64,000 bases of DNA. Source: Octopus sinensis. Its lineage: Eukaryota. How positions within the stretch are numbered: position 1 is the stretch's first letter; each line of letters opens with the position of its first letter. Shown piece after piece: positions 1 through 13,746 of the stretch. The DNA is taken from contig NW_021835999.1 of the NCBI RefSeq assembly GCF_006345805.1, forward strand, positions 248,001-312,000, written 5' to 3'. The translations under genes and the position numbers were made by a program. The notes under the pieces were generated by a model. It did no database searches. It saw only the letters and a list, made by a program, of their open reading frames with translations, and was not told where the DNA came from.

Positions 1-1207
1 TGCAAATTTATGCAGACCAAGTTAATTTTCATAACAAAGAAAAGTAAATTGATAAAATAATTGATGATGAGTTTTGCTTCCTATGCACGTTTTTTTCTCA
101 TTCAAACGTCAGTTGCCGAATTTTGAGTCATACTTGACCCAGAAAATTACTAATTTGTCCTTCAATTGCTCTAAAATGAGTTTATCATTCATTTTATCGA
201 TTTTCAAACAACTTTCATTTCACCAATCCAAATAACTAACTTGCTCAGATGTGCTTTTATATTGTGTTTTTGGACATAAATAACATTTACAGAAAACAAT
301 TTCGTTAAGCTGTGACCACCCTGTTGATTTCCTGGAAAATGGTCGCCCCAAAGATCCCAACATATAAACCACTTTTTTTATTTCTGTTAGTATTGATTTT
401 ATTTTTAAAATAATTTTGATTAGCAGCACTCTCTAAGTATTCAATTGACCTCATCAAGTATAAGTAAACGAGTCGAGAAATTTTTGTTTATTAAACAATA
501 AGTATTGGTTAGATTATTTAATTAAGTCGTGTCCGACCCTTGGAAATTTCATAAGCCAATTTTTCCCACCCATCTCGCAATTTCGAGAATACTTGATAAA
601 GGCAATCCCGTGACATTTTTTACCATTGATATCCATTGAATCCTCGGACTTTTTTTCCCAATGATTTTGCTTAGCCTAATGGTTTTTTCCAATGAATCAG
701 AGCAGCCGACATTTCCAAAGAATGCCAAGTTAATAATGACCTTGCTTGTCATTTGAAGCTGTAAAAGTCAAAATAATCAGCAAATTTTGAAACCAAATTT
801 GATTCATTCATGTTAATTATTGAGGAATTAAAGAATTTTGGTGAAACCCGCGCATTACCCCTGACTATGGCCGGGAAGACTCTTTTTTCTAAATACTGGA
901 TATTATTTTAATTTTTTTTATTTTAAATGAATTATTAAGATGACTAATTTAATTTCTGAAATACCATATATTTGAATAAATAAATGTTGCTATTATAATA
1001 AATCACCTATGACTTTATCTCCAATGAATAATGAGCAACTCGGATCCTTCAGAATTCCGAAATACGAAAAAGAATTGCCAACGACACATTCTGGTCTGTT
1101 CATTTTCATTATTTTTTTATTACTAATCGTCAACCCACAATAAAATATTAGACGTATTTGCTTTAACTTATTATTTGCACTTTATCACCATAGAAAAATT
1201 GATTTAA

Positions 1208-3636
1208 ATGTTAACAAGTCTTTTTTAATTTTTTTAAATTCTAAATTTTGAAGACGCGGGTTTAACTGACAACAACGAACTACAAAATTTTGCTAACAAA
1301 AAACTGAAGAAAAAGAAAAAACCGTTTTCAGTAACTGACTAATCAAATAGGAAAAGAATAAAAATCTGCATTGATTTCTGTCGTTACAAAGCAGGTGGAT
1401 TAATTCCATAATTTGAAGTTCGGACAACCGCAATTCAATATGGATTTGAAATTGTGGGACAAGACGACGACTGGAATCTGCTCTGGTCGGATTCCTCGAT
1501 TAATATTGATCGGTTTTTTGCCCTCAAGCCTCATCAGGTCGGCATTTTTGTGATATTCACAGAAAATAAACCACTTTTCGGGGATGGTGGAGATTTGCAG
1601 AAAGGATTTCCTCAATCGTAATTTAATGAAGATGAGAAAATTGTTCCCGAAGGAATACAATTTCTTCCCCAAGACATGGAATCTTTCAGCCGAGTTGTCC
1701 CCGTTTGTCACGTGTTGCAGCTACGGGGATCTTCAGATGTACATGTCCGCAAAAAAGGGCAAGACCTACATAATTAAGCCCGACACTGGCTGTCAGGGTC
1801 GGGGGATTTGGATGACCAAAACACGCGGGAACTCAAGCCGATCCCCAACATGATGTGCCAGATTTATATTTCGAGGGTAGTTTTGTCACCCTACGTTAGC
1901 CTCTCCTTATTGATGGGTTCAAATTCGATCTGCGACTGTATGTTTTGATAACCTTCTGCGACCCTTTGCGAATATTTTTGTACAACGATGGACTGGCACG
2001 ATTCTGCACAGAAAAGTACAGCGAACCAACAATAAAAAACATGGCATGTTGTGCACTTTACGTGAATAATGTTAGTCGAATCAGTACATGCACCTCACCA
2101 ACTACGCAATCAACAAGCTCAGTGACAAGTTTGTTGTCGACGAGGATCTGGGGAGTAAGCGGCACGTGACAACGACCATGAAGCATTTGTCGGACCTGGG
2201 ATATGACGCGGACCAGATTCAGGAGGATATCAACGATTTGATAATAAAAACGATCATTTCGATCCATCCCAGTTTGAAACACAATTACAGAGCCTGTTTC
2301 CCATCATCCGAGTGCAACAGCAGTTGTTTTGAAATATTGGGGTTTGATATTTTGATTACTGCCAAACAAAAACCAATTCTTATCGAAGTAAGTACAATTT
2401 ATCATGCTAGGTCAATCTATCGCCCAGTTTCCACACCGATCATCCTATTGATGTAAAAATAAAGGAATCCCTTTTGTTGGAGACTTATTCGCTCATTTCC
2501 ATTGGATCTTTCAAAAAAAAGAAACCTAACCTTGAAGAGAAAAGACGGATGCAGGAAAGACTAACGAACAACGACGTTTTTAAGATTAACAAGTACAGTG
2601 CTTTCAAACAGTTTTTCAGAGATGAATTATTGCGGAAACAAGAAGAATTTCAGTTGAAATTACAAGTTATGGAAAATAGAAGACTTAATAATTTTGTCCG
2701 AATTTACCCCAAAGAATGTGACCAAGCCAAATACGACAAGTTTTTTGACAGCATTGGATCTCTGTATAAAGAGACTGCTGCTTACAGGGCAAGACTGAGT
2801 TGTGCAAAGTGGATATTTTCAGTTAAATTTTTAGACAAATGCGAGAGAAATTGGTCAACGAGAAAGACAAAATGTACAGAAAAACAAAAAAGTCGCCCAT
2901 CATTAAACCAAACCTGTCAGAATGTTCGGAAAGTGTTTTGTATCCAATCAAAAAACAGAAAGAAATACAATCAAAACGAACTAAATCTGAGCCTAATAAA
3001 GTCGAATTCCTTTTTAAAAATCAGTTGCCCAATCATGGTCGTATAAGGGCGTCTTCTCGGGCTTCGGCAGTCGGAATTCGGAATGATTCAGCACTTCAGA
3101 ATCAGCTATTCGAACCACTCAGAGAATTCTCAGTATGCCCAATAACTAATATTCATTTGTTAGTTAAGAAAAGAGAGTGCCAGAAGATACAAGAACGATG
3201 AAATAGAGACTCTAAAAAACCCGAATACGTTGTATTGGAGCCTTTTCGGACCAAAATCCAGCGAAACTGAACGATACACTGACATCCGAGTATGATATGT
3301 TTTAATTGGAATTTAGAACGAAATTTACGCAAGAAAAATCATTGTCCGTCGGAGTTTGGAAAATAACAGTGTAGTACGTAAAATGTTAATGAAAACTCCA
3401 AAAGACACAGATTATATTATTGACAACAACTTGGTAATTTATAGTTCACATATTTTTAGAAAACGAGCATTACGCGTAATGTCGATTCTAACTACATTAC
3501 CGAGGAGAAAACACAGATCCGTGAGTATTATCCGGTTGATGGACAGAAGAATGATTTGTCGGTAGTCGCCACAAAAATGTTCTTGATTCCAACCGAAACT
3601 AGCTATGACAAAAATTTAGAGAACTCAAATCCTTAA
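1208..3636 (+). CDS. TTLL6: Tubulin polyglutamylase, TTLL6/TTLL13-like (multi-exon)
   Basis: Splicing 23-36 nt introns gives [78 protein letters not shown] and IEVNLSPSF, which are TTL-family motifs. 3' end approximate. Confidence 0.88.
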
Positions 3637-4773
3637 AACTATTTATTTTAAATTCTAACATAATAAAAATATTACCTCTTCATATTAAAAAATAATCATA
3701 GCATCGATCTGAGTCATTTTGAGTGATACATGCAAATTATTAAGCTACATCGATATTCACATGATATTAATTTGTTTAAGCATTTGACCACAAATAATCA
3801 ACTTTTGTGTTTAGATGCTGGAAATGATTCTTTATAATTAAAATTTTTTGTATATATCGTCGTTTTTTTTTTTGAAATAAATAATGTAATTTCACTAAGC
3901 TCCAATAAGAAATCATTTTTAATAAAAAAGCTTGTTTCACATAGTATTTGAAACTGATAATGTGAATTAAATTGAAAGGTGTGACTTAGGGCGTAAATAT
4001 GGCCACATAAATGATTAACCTTATCTATTCAAAGAAAAAAATTGCTTCAAGAAAATAATTATCGAAGTAGCTCAACAATTTGTAAGTTTTATCATTAGCC
4101 CAGCCAATAAATAATTAAACAAAATTTTTAATCTAAGGAACAAAGTAAAGACTTAGCTCTTCCAGTATCTTTGCCTCTTCCCAAAGTTCTTTCGATCTTG
4201 TCAACGTTTATCTTTTCTTTCACTCGAACGTTTTGAGTTTTCAGATTCCGTGGTGTCTCCTTAGCCATTGTCTGCGGAAATTGCGTGGCAATTCGCTCCT
4301 TTTATGGGCTCTCTTCTGTCTTTTTAATTTTCGAATTAGACACTTGCCAGGAAATTTACTGAGAGAACAGCAAAGGGCTTATTATTCAGTTAATTGCAAA
4401 TATATCTTACTTTTCAACTATTCAATGTTAAAAATCGTATAGGGGATCCAATCGTGTTTTCCAGAAAAATAACATTTTAATTTTAATTAGTAAATATTAG
4501 ATTCAAAGAATAGTCATATCTACAAACTAAATTTTGGGTTTGAACAAAAGTAAACCCTGACAAATAGAACAGAACAACAATGTGAAATAAATCAAAATCC
4601 CTCGAAATGCTAAAAACTAATTGCAGAGTCTTCTAAGAGATTATCTTTTAGTATAATCCAATTTTAATTCGACGCTCAAATACTTATTTAATAATTCTGA
4701 TAATCAAAACTTTTTAACCACTTTAATTGATAACAACACTTAAATCGAATTTTCCCAACAACAGTGAAATAAA

Positions 4774-5736
<963 letters not shown>

Positions 5737-7149
5737 CATTTCATTAATCAATGTCTAACTCTAATATTCGTATATTATAACTACTCAATGTTGCGTCAGA
5801 TAGAGCTAATATGAATATCACTTCATCAGGATATTAATTATCATCATTCACAGACAGACAATATTAATGTAATGCAACCACAACACAAAACCAAAAATGA
5901 AATGTCACGTGAAATAAAGCAATGGAATTTTTTTAAAAATATCTACAGTGACTCCTCTGAAATTGGCCATTTTTGGTTCCACGTGTTTTTGTGGTCAATT
6001 CGAGAAATGGCCAATTTGAGAAATAAAATCAATCTTTTGTGTAAATTAAATTTTGAATAAGAACAACTTTTATCCAGAAAATTTTAAGTAATTAAGCATT
6101 ATTAATGTTCTTAAAGTAGAATTGGATGCCCATCTGCTTTTTTTGAGTTTTAATGACATTTTCCTTATAGCGCCTTATGGATGTAATCAATTGAACTTCA
6201 TGTTCGTTCTCAATGTTTTTTAGGAGGTCGTTTTCAATTTTAGTTAACTTAACCACAATGTCTTCTTTGTCAATTGAATCATTGGATTCTACTTCATTGG
6301 ATTCTAATTCAGCTTCTACTTCTTCTTCATTTTTTATATTTTCAATATCCTCAACGTCTTGAAATGTATTATTTTCAGAATATTCAAAATTAAGAAATTC
6401 TTCGACTTCTAAGGGATCAAAAATGTCAGTTTTTTACTGCAATATCTTGAACTTCAACTACATGATTCTTTTTGAATGGGTTGCTTGATATTTCTATGAA
6501 TTTTTCGATAAATAAGTCGACATCTACTGGATCATTAGTTCTCATTTCTCCATGTAACTTGATCATTCGAAAACCATGCCTCTTTTTGAATTTATGAAGG
6601 TATCCATTTGAGTTTTTAAAATTATCCAGTTTTAATTCAGCTGCGAATAAATTAGCCTTATTTGAAATTAAAGCATCATTAAGAAAGCCACCTTAATCAT
6701 AAATTAGTACAAATTACCTTTAGACTCAATCGAATCCATCCATTCAACTAACATAGCATCAAGCTGTGGGAACTTGAGTCTATGCGCATTTTTTGAAGAT
6801 AGATTTTGTTTTTTACACACTTTGAGAAAAAAATCTTTTTTCAAAATAATATTATTAATTGTCACAGGTTTTATTTTGGACCAGGGTTTATTTTGGACCG
6901 AGAAAAAAAATCAATAATAAAAATTTTATTCCACTAAAAATATATTAGTTAATGTTAAATTATACTTTTGTATAGTTTTTTCTTGATTTCATTTAGTTTT
7001 TTAAAAAATGGAAGTATGCACAAACCAACCAATCAACAAATTTGATAATTACAGCGTTGCCGTTACGATATTTATTTAAAAATTGGTCTTCCATTCTAAA
7101 AAAATTAAAAACTAAATATAATTCTATTAATTAAAAATTTTAAAAATAT

Positions 7150-7547
7150 AACCCTAACACATATACATTCTAATAATAGCCCTAACACCCAAAATCCTAA
7201 TTCTAAAACACCCTAATTGTTAATTTAATTTTAAAACCCCTATTTTTAATAGTTGTCCAAACGATAAAAAACTTAATTTAATTTTAATTATAAAAATCTT
7301 AATCTCAACTAACAAAATTTCAACCCTAACCCTGAACATTTTCTCCTTAACCCTAAACATTTTAACCTTAACCCTAAACAAATTTTTAACCCTAACCCTA
7401 AACATTTTCTCCTTAACCCTAAACATTTTAACCTTAACCCTAAACAAATTTTTAACCCTAACCCTAAACATTTTCTCCTTAACCCTAAACATTTTAACCT
7501 TAACCCTAAACAAATTTTTAACCCTAACCCTAAACATTTTCTCCTTA
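7150..7547 (+). repeat. Telomere-like (CCCTAA-rich) array, including ~3.4 copies of a 66-bp unit at ~7322-7547
   Basis: Repeated AACCCTAACCCTAAACATTTTCTCCTTAACCCTAAACATTTTAACCTTAACCCTAAACAAATTTTT; 22-aa periodicity in the spurious ORF 7220-7537. Confidence 0.9.
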
Positions 7548-7799
7548 GACGCAGTAAATTTAATTTCTTAATAGGCTTTGCATCAGATCACGCCCGAAAT
7601 GATTTTCATTATGTAATAGCTTTAAATTCAATATATTAGCTTACTTTGATAGTTTTTAGCTTAAGTTCTCTCTCTTCCGAACAAAAAAACGAAGATTTTT
7701 GTTATTCTTTACAAAATATGCCTTTTCGTCAACAAAATTAAAAAAATTTGCGATTTTTTAAGGCGATACTTTTCTCTTTTGTCCATATTGGAATCAATT

Positions 7800-8198
7800 T
7801 TTTTATTTTAGAGAAAACAAGACAAAAATTACAGATAGCTAAGTTAGTTAAAGGCCTCACGAGACACCCGACCAGCCGCGCGAATGGCGAAGACGTTCCC
7901 TCGGATCACAGCAATCGACAGACGTTCCAGGAGCCAAGAAAACTCTCTTGGATCGTGACTAGTCCTTGAAATCCGTCGACCGAGCGAGCGAAGGAAGCGG
8001 AGTGTCTTGGGACCGAAGATCCCGGAGAACTCCAAGGCAATTGGAGTAAAGAGCAGCGAGTTGGACAGGTGGCCGTACTTGAGAATCTTTCGCTCCTCGG
8101 CCTGCCTGGAAGCGTGCCCAGGATTGGCGGCGGACAGCGCGAGATTTCCCAGCGAGAACGTGTCCGAGCAGGTAGAATCCCAAATAAGGGATTTCCCC
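7800..8198 (-). mobile_element. 5'-truncated CRE-clade-like non-LTR retrotransposon (C-terminal restriction-like endonuclease)
   Basis: Open frame GKSLIWDSTCSDT...AEERKILKY...FTPIALEFSGIFGP...DPREFSWLLERLSIAVIRGN, A-rich tail, 11-bp TSD TGGAATCAATT (7789-7799, 8199-8209). Confidence 0.85.
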
Positions 8199-9037
8199 TG
8201 GAATCAATTAATATACTATTCTTAATATCACTGATTATTTTCAATTCTTCTCTGATTAAATCCACTAGAACCATTATGCACGCGTTAATTAATTAAATAA
8301 ATATTAAGGTTTTTTATTAATTTTATATTTTTATCTTTTTTTTTAGTGGATAAAAAAAATATTATTTTATTATAATCTGAGCATGTCGGTCCAAAATAAA
8401 ACCTGGTCCAAAATAAAACCGGTCACATTAATTGTTTTTCTGGAAATCTTTTTTTTAAACAAATGGGAAAATCTATCAGCCAAATACTGACATGAAACAT
8501 CTTCATTTTGATTTTTATAAGTTAAAATCTGTATTTTTTGATAAAAAGTGAGACGAGTATAATTACCACGAGAATTGTTCGAAGACATAAAATAACAGGA
8601 ATTTTATTAATTTGCAATTTGAGAATTGGCCACTTTCAATGGAAATTCGAATTTTTCTTAAGATAATTTTATAAGTGTGGTCAATTTCAGAGGTGGCCAA
8701 TTTCAGAGGTGGCCAATTTCAGAGGAGTCACTGTATTTGTAATTAAATTGTAAATAAAAGATGCACATAATCAAAAAGGTCATTCTACTTATATTCTAAT
8801 ATTTTTATAAATCCTGTGATCAGATTCTGTTTAGTGCTTTTTTTGTTATTGTTTTTCCTATCGAATATATAGGGAAAAATTATCCTTTTTAAATTATTAA
8901 ATATTTGATTTTATAAAATTATTTTATTATTTTTACTAATAAATTCACATGTTTAAATTTCTTTGTGTATTAATTTTAACCATCAGCATTATTAAACAGT
9001 CAAATCAGTATTATTTTAATTAAATCATCAAGTATTG

Positions 9038-11074
9038 ATGTTCCCAAATCCGAAACGTGCTAAAATGCCAAAAAAACATAAAACTAAACAGATCGATCAA
9101 GACGAATCTCCAATGGAAGACAACAACGACATAAATCCCAATTTCCTGTTCGATTTGAGTGTATTTTGTGTGCTCAATCTAATAAAGGATGAAATCCCAC
9201 ATATTTCCGAACATGTCCAAAAAATAGATTCTCTTTCCACAAAAAACTGTTTTTCTACTTTGGATAACCGAATCAAGAATGCGCGGGAAAAAGTATATTC
9301 ATTTCCCTCATCAGATATCCCACATATTGAAAGACCCCTCTTTTGATGGCCTAATTAGCCATGACCTGTGCAGACCAAAGAAATTGCCCCCGAAAAGTGA
9401 CCCCACCTCGGTAATGTGAATATTGAATACTCAAGTCCCAAAAAGTGTGTGGCACATTCGACGAAATGGGAATATCCCGGCCACTAATAAGAGTGAATAT
9501 ATTATAATATATATAGGCATTGAATGACATGTCAATAAATGTCCCCACGTCTGTTCAAAGTGCCACTGTCCCCCTCGCCCTTGCTGGACGTGATCTCTCC
9601 GTGTGTGCCCTCACTGGGTCGGGTTTGCTGGTAGGCCGATTGCCCAGGAAAGACTGTGGCCTTCATGTTGCCTGCATTCGAACGACTCATCCACCGACTT
9701 GAAGGGCCGAGGGCTATTCGTGTGCTCGTGTTAGTCCCCACCCGTGAATTGGCCGTCCAACTACTCCGAGTGTGCTCAGATTTGGCTAAATATGCAGATA
9801 TTCGGTCCTCATTAGCAACTGGTGGGGGAATGTGGTGATATTTAGGCGGACTGTCCTCCAAGTCGCAGGAAGACCAACTCAGACTGATCCCCGACGTGGT
9901 GATAGCCACTCCTGGAAGACTTTTTGATTTGTTGAAGAAAGGCATTTGTGACCTCAAATGTGTGGAAGTGTTGATCATAGACGAGGCTGACAGGTGTTTT
10001 GTAGTCCTCAGTGTGTAGATTGTTGGATGATAACTTTTTTGAGCAGATCAAGACTGTTGTGGGTCTTTGTTCTAATAATCGTCAAACCATGCTTTTCTCA
10101 GCCACAATGACCGACCAAGTTGACCAATTGAGTGCAATCTCTCTCCACAGTCCGACTAAAGTGTTTATAGACAAGACATGTCAGCTTGTCCTCACTTTGA
10201 AACAGCAATTTGTCCGAATTCGAGCAGAACATGAACAGCAGAGATCTTGTGTGTTGGCTGGTCACGTTTTTTGTCTTTATTTGTAGTTTTACTCAGTAAA
10301 ATTAAACGAGTGATTGTATTTGTTCAGACAAAGAGTTCGGTGAGATATTTGCACGTGCTTATGGGACTTGTGGGGTTCAAAGTTGGGGAATTGCAGGGAA
10401 ATCTGTCTCAGGTGGAGGTATTTGTTTTGCTTGTTTGCAGAGACTGGAGACTTTGGAACGATTCAAGAATGGGGAATTGGATGTCCTTTTGGCGACTGAT
10501 GTGGCCTCACGTGGTTTGGATATTGAGGGGGTTGAGACGGTGGGGACTTGATGTTAGTTGGCAGGTCATCAACTATTCCATGCCTACTACTTTGGAGAAA
10601 TATGTTCATCGAGTTGGGAGGACTGCCAGAGCGGGGAGGAGTGGCACGTTTGTGTTGTGTTTAAATTTGCAGGGCAATTTCATTAGTGGGTGAACATGAA
10701 AGGAAAATGATGCGGGATGTAACGAGAGTATCAGCAAGTAGTCCTCTCTCTCGAACAATCTCCACGGGTGAGATTGTGTGTCGACGATAGAATGTCTTGT
10801 TGGCTATTCTCGACTGATATCTACATTACAGTCAGACGTGGAACGCATTTTACAGGAGGATAGTTCTGATTTGAGCACGTTTGGTAAATCAGACAAACCG
10901 AAAAAACGTTGGTGGAGTAGTGCATTGATAGGGAGACCGAAGAAGGGTGGATTGAGAGTTCATGATTCGGCTAAGGGAGGTGGTTTGCTAATGGAGGGGC
11001 ACCGTCGAGTAGGAGACAGAGTTCAGAAACTTTCAAAACGAATGTTTAAAAGACAAGAGAATAAATGTGATTAA
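9038..11074 (+). CDS. DDX27: DEAD-box RNA helicase, DDX27/Drs1-like
   Basis: About 11 introns of 22-27 nt. Motifs [35 protein letters not shown] and [15 protein letters not shown]; LKQQFVRIR is typical of Drs1/DDX27. Confidence 0.88.
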
Positions 11075-11358
11075 TTTTTTATTGAGTTTATTTGTTTCTA
11101 CTTTGGTGTATGATGTAGGCAGATATCAAATTCATTTTCTCTACTGTAACAACTCATTATTCTGATTGGAGGATCTACAAATCGCAAAGTAAACTAGATG
11201 TATTATCCTACTAATTTGTCTTCAAAAACTAGGCGATAAAGAACATGGGTATTAGTAGAGAAGACAGTTATGCATGTTGACCGTTTTTGGTAACATGTAA
11301 ATCAGCAGTTATATTAATATTGTATTAGTATGTGAACAGTTAATACAGTTTAATGGCA

Positions 11359-12028
11359 TTAGAATAAGATGTGTGAACTAAATGTCTGTGAAGAGGACCA
11401 TACTTTTTAAAATGGGGAATTTTCTCCATTCCAATAATAAATTCGTCCTTTCCAATAAGCCCATTTCGATTCAGATCAAGTTCGTTAAAAACCTGCAGTC
11501 TTAAAGTGACAAATAACATTGTCAATGAGCGTTTCGATTTGTTCTTCAGTCAAAGTTTTCTTCCTTAAAACTAGCTTAATCGATTTGGCAATGTCATTGC
11601 GTCCAATTCGGCCATCTTCGTCAAAGTCTGAATAAAGTCACAACCCATCACCATTTATTCGAAAAATAAAACTGGCCTTCACGGACTGGGCTGCCCTTGG
11701 CGACAAAATAGAGTACAAATTCACGTAGTCATCAAAGTCCAGCCGAGACTTGTGCTCAGCAACCACCTTGAATATTCTTTCCACAAATGGGTTGTGCTAT
11801 GAATGTTGAAAAGTGTACCTCGAATTCTGGAAGTGCGGAGAACTGCTCAAATGTGATGGACGGGAGCCCCGACTCCTCACACATGACGACGTTATTTTTG
11901 CCAAATTCAGTAAAGAGATGCATAATCTCTTCGCGGTGAAGATATGTTAGTTCCTGTCAAATGTGGATTAAAAAAACTGTATATTCCTTTATTTTTTCCT
12001 CGCTCATAAAACTTGGCCGATTGCCCAT
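11359..12028 (-). CDS. Calcium- and integrin-binding (CIB/calcineurin-B-like) EF-hand protein
   Basis: MGNRPS (myristoylation-type N-terminus), ELTYLHREEI, LPEFEHNPFVERIFKV, DFDEDGRIG and DLNRNGLI; introns of 22-26 nt. Last exon ambiguous. Confidence 0.85.
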
Positions 12029-12529
12029 TATATGCTAGCAACTGTCGGTCTAAAATGCTTGTTTGATATTATCAATGTGTGATTTATAAATGACATAATA
12101 TAATTTCAAATATGCATATTTTAACTTGTCTTCAGAGTTTTATTGTCTGTTAATACTCTTTTCCCATACAGTTCGCTCGATATATCGGTAATTATATTAA
12201 AGTACATTATGTATTATGTTATTATTTTCAGTTTCTGGATTTTTGTCAAAAATCTTAGAAACTTGATTTTTTGAATAAAATAATTGATAAAAATTGTTTT
12301 TTAAAGAATTTTTGTAATATCAGAAAAAATAATATATCATTATCAGTGATCTTGTGCGGAATAAAAAATCTTAAAAATACAAAAATTTGATGATAAATTT
12401 ATTTTTACGGCAATTCTGAATTATGTTACAAATTTAACAAAAATTATAACATAGCAGAGCATCAAAAAGTAAAGAACATGTAGAAAATAAATGATTAAGG
12501 CAACGGGAAACATAATATTTTTGAAAAAA

Positions 12530-12744
12530 ACTTCCTGTGTTTTTGGGGCCAAGACGCTTGCTCATCTCAAGAAACTTGGACACCTGTGCACCTACTGCTC
12601 CAGAGATCCGAGGGAATTTATATTCCTTATTCAGAGGATCTCGCTGGCTGTTTTACGCGGGAATTGTCTTTCAATCCTGCAGCCAGTTCATAATAACTAG
12701 ATTTTTTTTGACGATTTCTCTTAATTCCAAATATATCCTATTAC
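12530..12744 (+). mobile_element. Short 3' fragment of a CRE-like retrotransposon
   Basis: VFGAKTLAHLKKLG...DPREFIFLIQRISLAVLRGN, flanked by the 13-bp direct repeat ATTTTTGAAAAAA (12517-12529, 12745-12757). Confidence 0.75.
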
Positions 12745-13746
12745 ATTTTTGAAAAAATCTCATTGATGTTAAAATGGAGATACAATTCAAAAAGCAAGAA
12801 ATCGGAACATAAAATTAATTTTAATAGACTTTGACAAATAAATGCTGTAAAACAATTAAAGATATTTATTTAAAACAAAAAAATCTAATTGTAGACATTT
12901 TTTAAAATCAATTATTTTTAATTTGTCAGAAATCTTTTTTATTCAAAAATTTTACAAGCCAGTTTAGGATGTTTCGAAAGAAAACCTCAACTGGTCAATT
13001 CGATTTCCTCTGAGAAATATCGAAAGTAGCTTATATAATTTTTTTAAAGTAGAGTGGGTGACTGTATGTTGTAGATAATATAAATGAGGAGTTAGAGGAG
13101 ATTAATGAAGAATTAACAAAGGATTGCGAAATATATCTAGGAAGTATCATTTGCTGATTTTTAGTAAGAGTATCAGAGAGTGTCGAAAGAAATTGTGAAT
13201 AGTCATAAATTAATACGGATACGCATTTGTCTTTATAGTATCACCTCTTTTCATTTTCGATAGCAACACTAGAGATAGCTGGGAGCGACAACCGCAGTTT
13301 ACTACATGATTGTAACCTTCATATAATCGGATAGACACGTTCCGTGTTTACATGCTTATAGGACAATGTTATTCGTTTATAAGACATAGGAAGGACTATT
13401 TCTGAAGCTTTTCCTTGGGCACTATCTTCCCCTTTATCACCACTGCCGTTTTCAATATGGTAGCATCGACAAGATATGACTAAATAACAGTAAAAAGTTG
13501 TTTAAAAAGTTTTACCACCTCCCTTTACGTCAACTGTTTTTTGTTCCTGAGATTAGAGAATATTGAGCTAATAATCTGTCTTATAAGCAAATACAATATT
13601 TACTAAAGAGAGCACAAAATCCAGAGAACAGAGAATATCAGGAAATATTGGAATTTTTGTTATTATTTAATTAATGTTTTTTTGGTTGGTTGACCGAAAA
13701 TAGAATAAACTGATATATTTTGGTAACTAAGGATCGTATTTGACTA

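Larger units (their letters stand above)
6860..8427. mobile_element. Non-autonomous TIR element with TGT...ACA termini and 5-bp TSD (possibly Ginger-like; unclassified)
   Basis: ~41-bp imperfect TIRs, each with two GGTTTTATTTTGGACC motifs. TTAAT is duplicated at 6855-6859 and 8428-8432. Its removal restores the host transposase frame. Confidence 0.85.
6090..8588 (-). pseudogene. pogo/Tigger transposase remnant (CENP-B-type HTH domains and acidic tail; DDE domain missing)
   Basis: Removing 6860-8427 plus one TSD copy restores RKTINNIILKKDFFL...FPQLDAMLVEW...FKNSNGYLHKFKKRHG...LHGE. One 26-nt GT-AG intron at 6692-6717. 3' end approximate. Confidence 0.85.
5946..8733 (-). mobile_element. pogo/Tigger-family DNA transposon, internally deleted and interrupted by nested insertions
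   Basis: Perfect TIR CAGTGACTCCTCTGAAATTGGCCA at both ends, flanking TA dinucleotides (5944-5945, 8734-8735), and three tandem 16-bp subterminal repeats (GTGGCCAATTTCAGAG) near 8677-8724. Confidence 0.92.

Noticed and set aside
1-810. Short minus-strand ORFs divergent from TTLL
   Set aside because: Could be exons of a gene running off the window, but I found no consistent splice model or homology.
7220-7537. 105-aa repetitive ORF MFRVRVKNLF...
   Set aside because: Translation of the 66-bp telomere-like tandem repeat; no evidence of coding.
7322-7547. Possible CRISPR array or true telomere
   Set aside because: No unique spacers, eukaryotic context, degenerate units, and located inside a TIR element.
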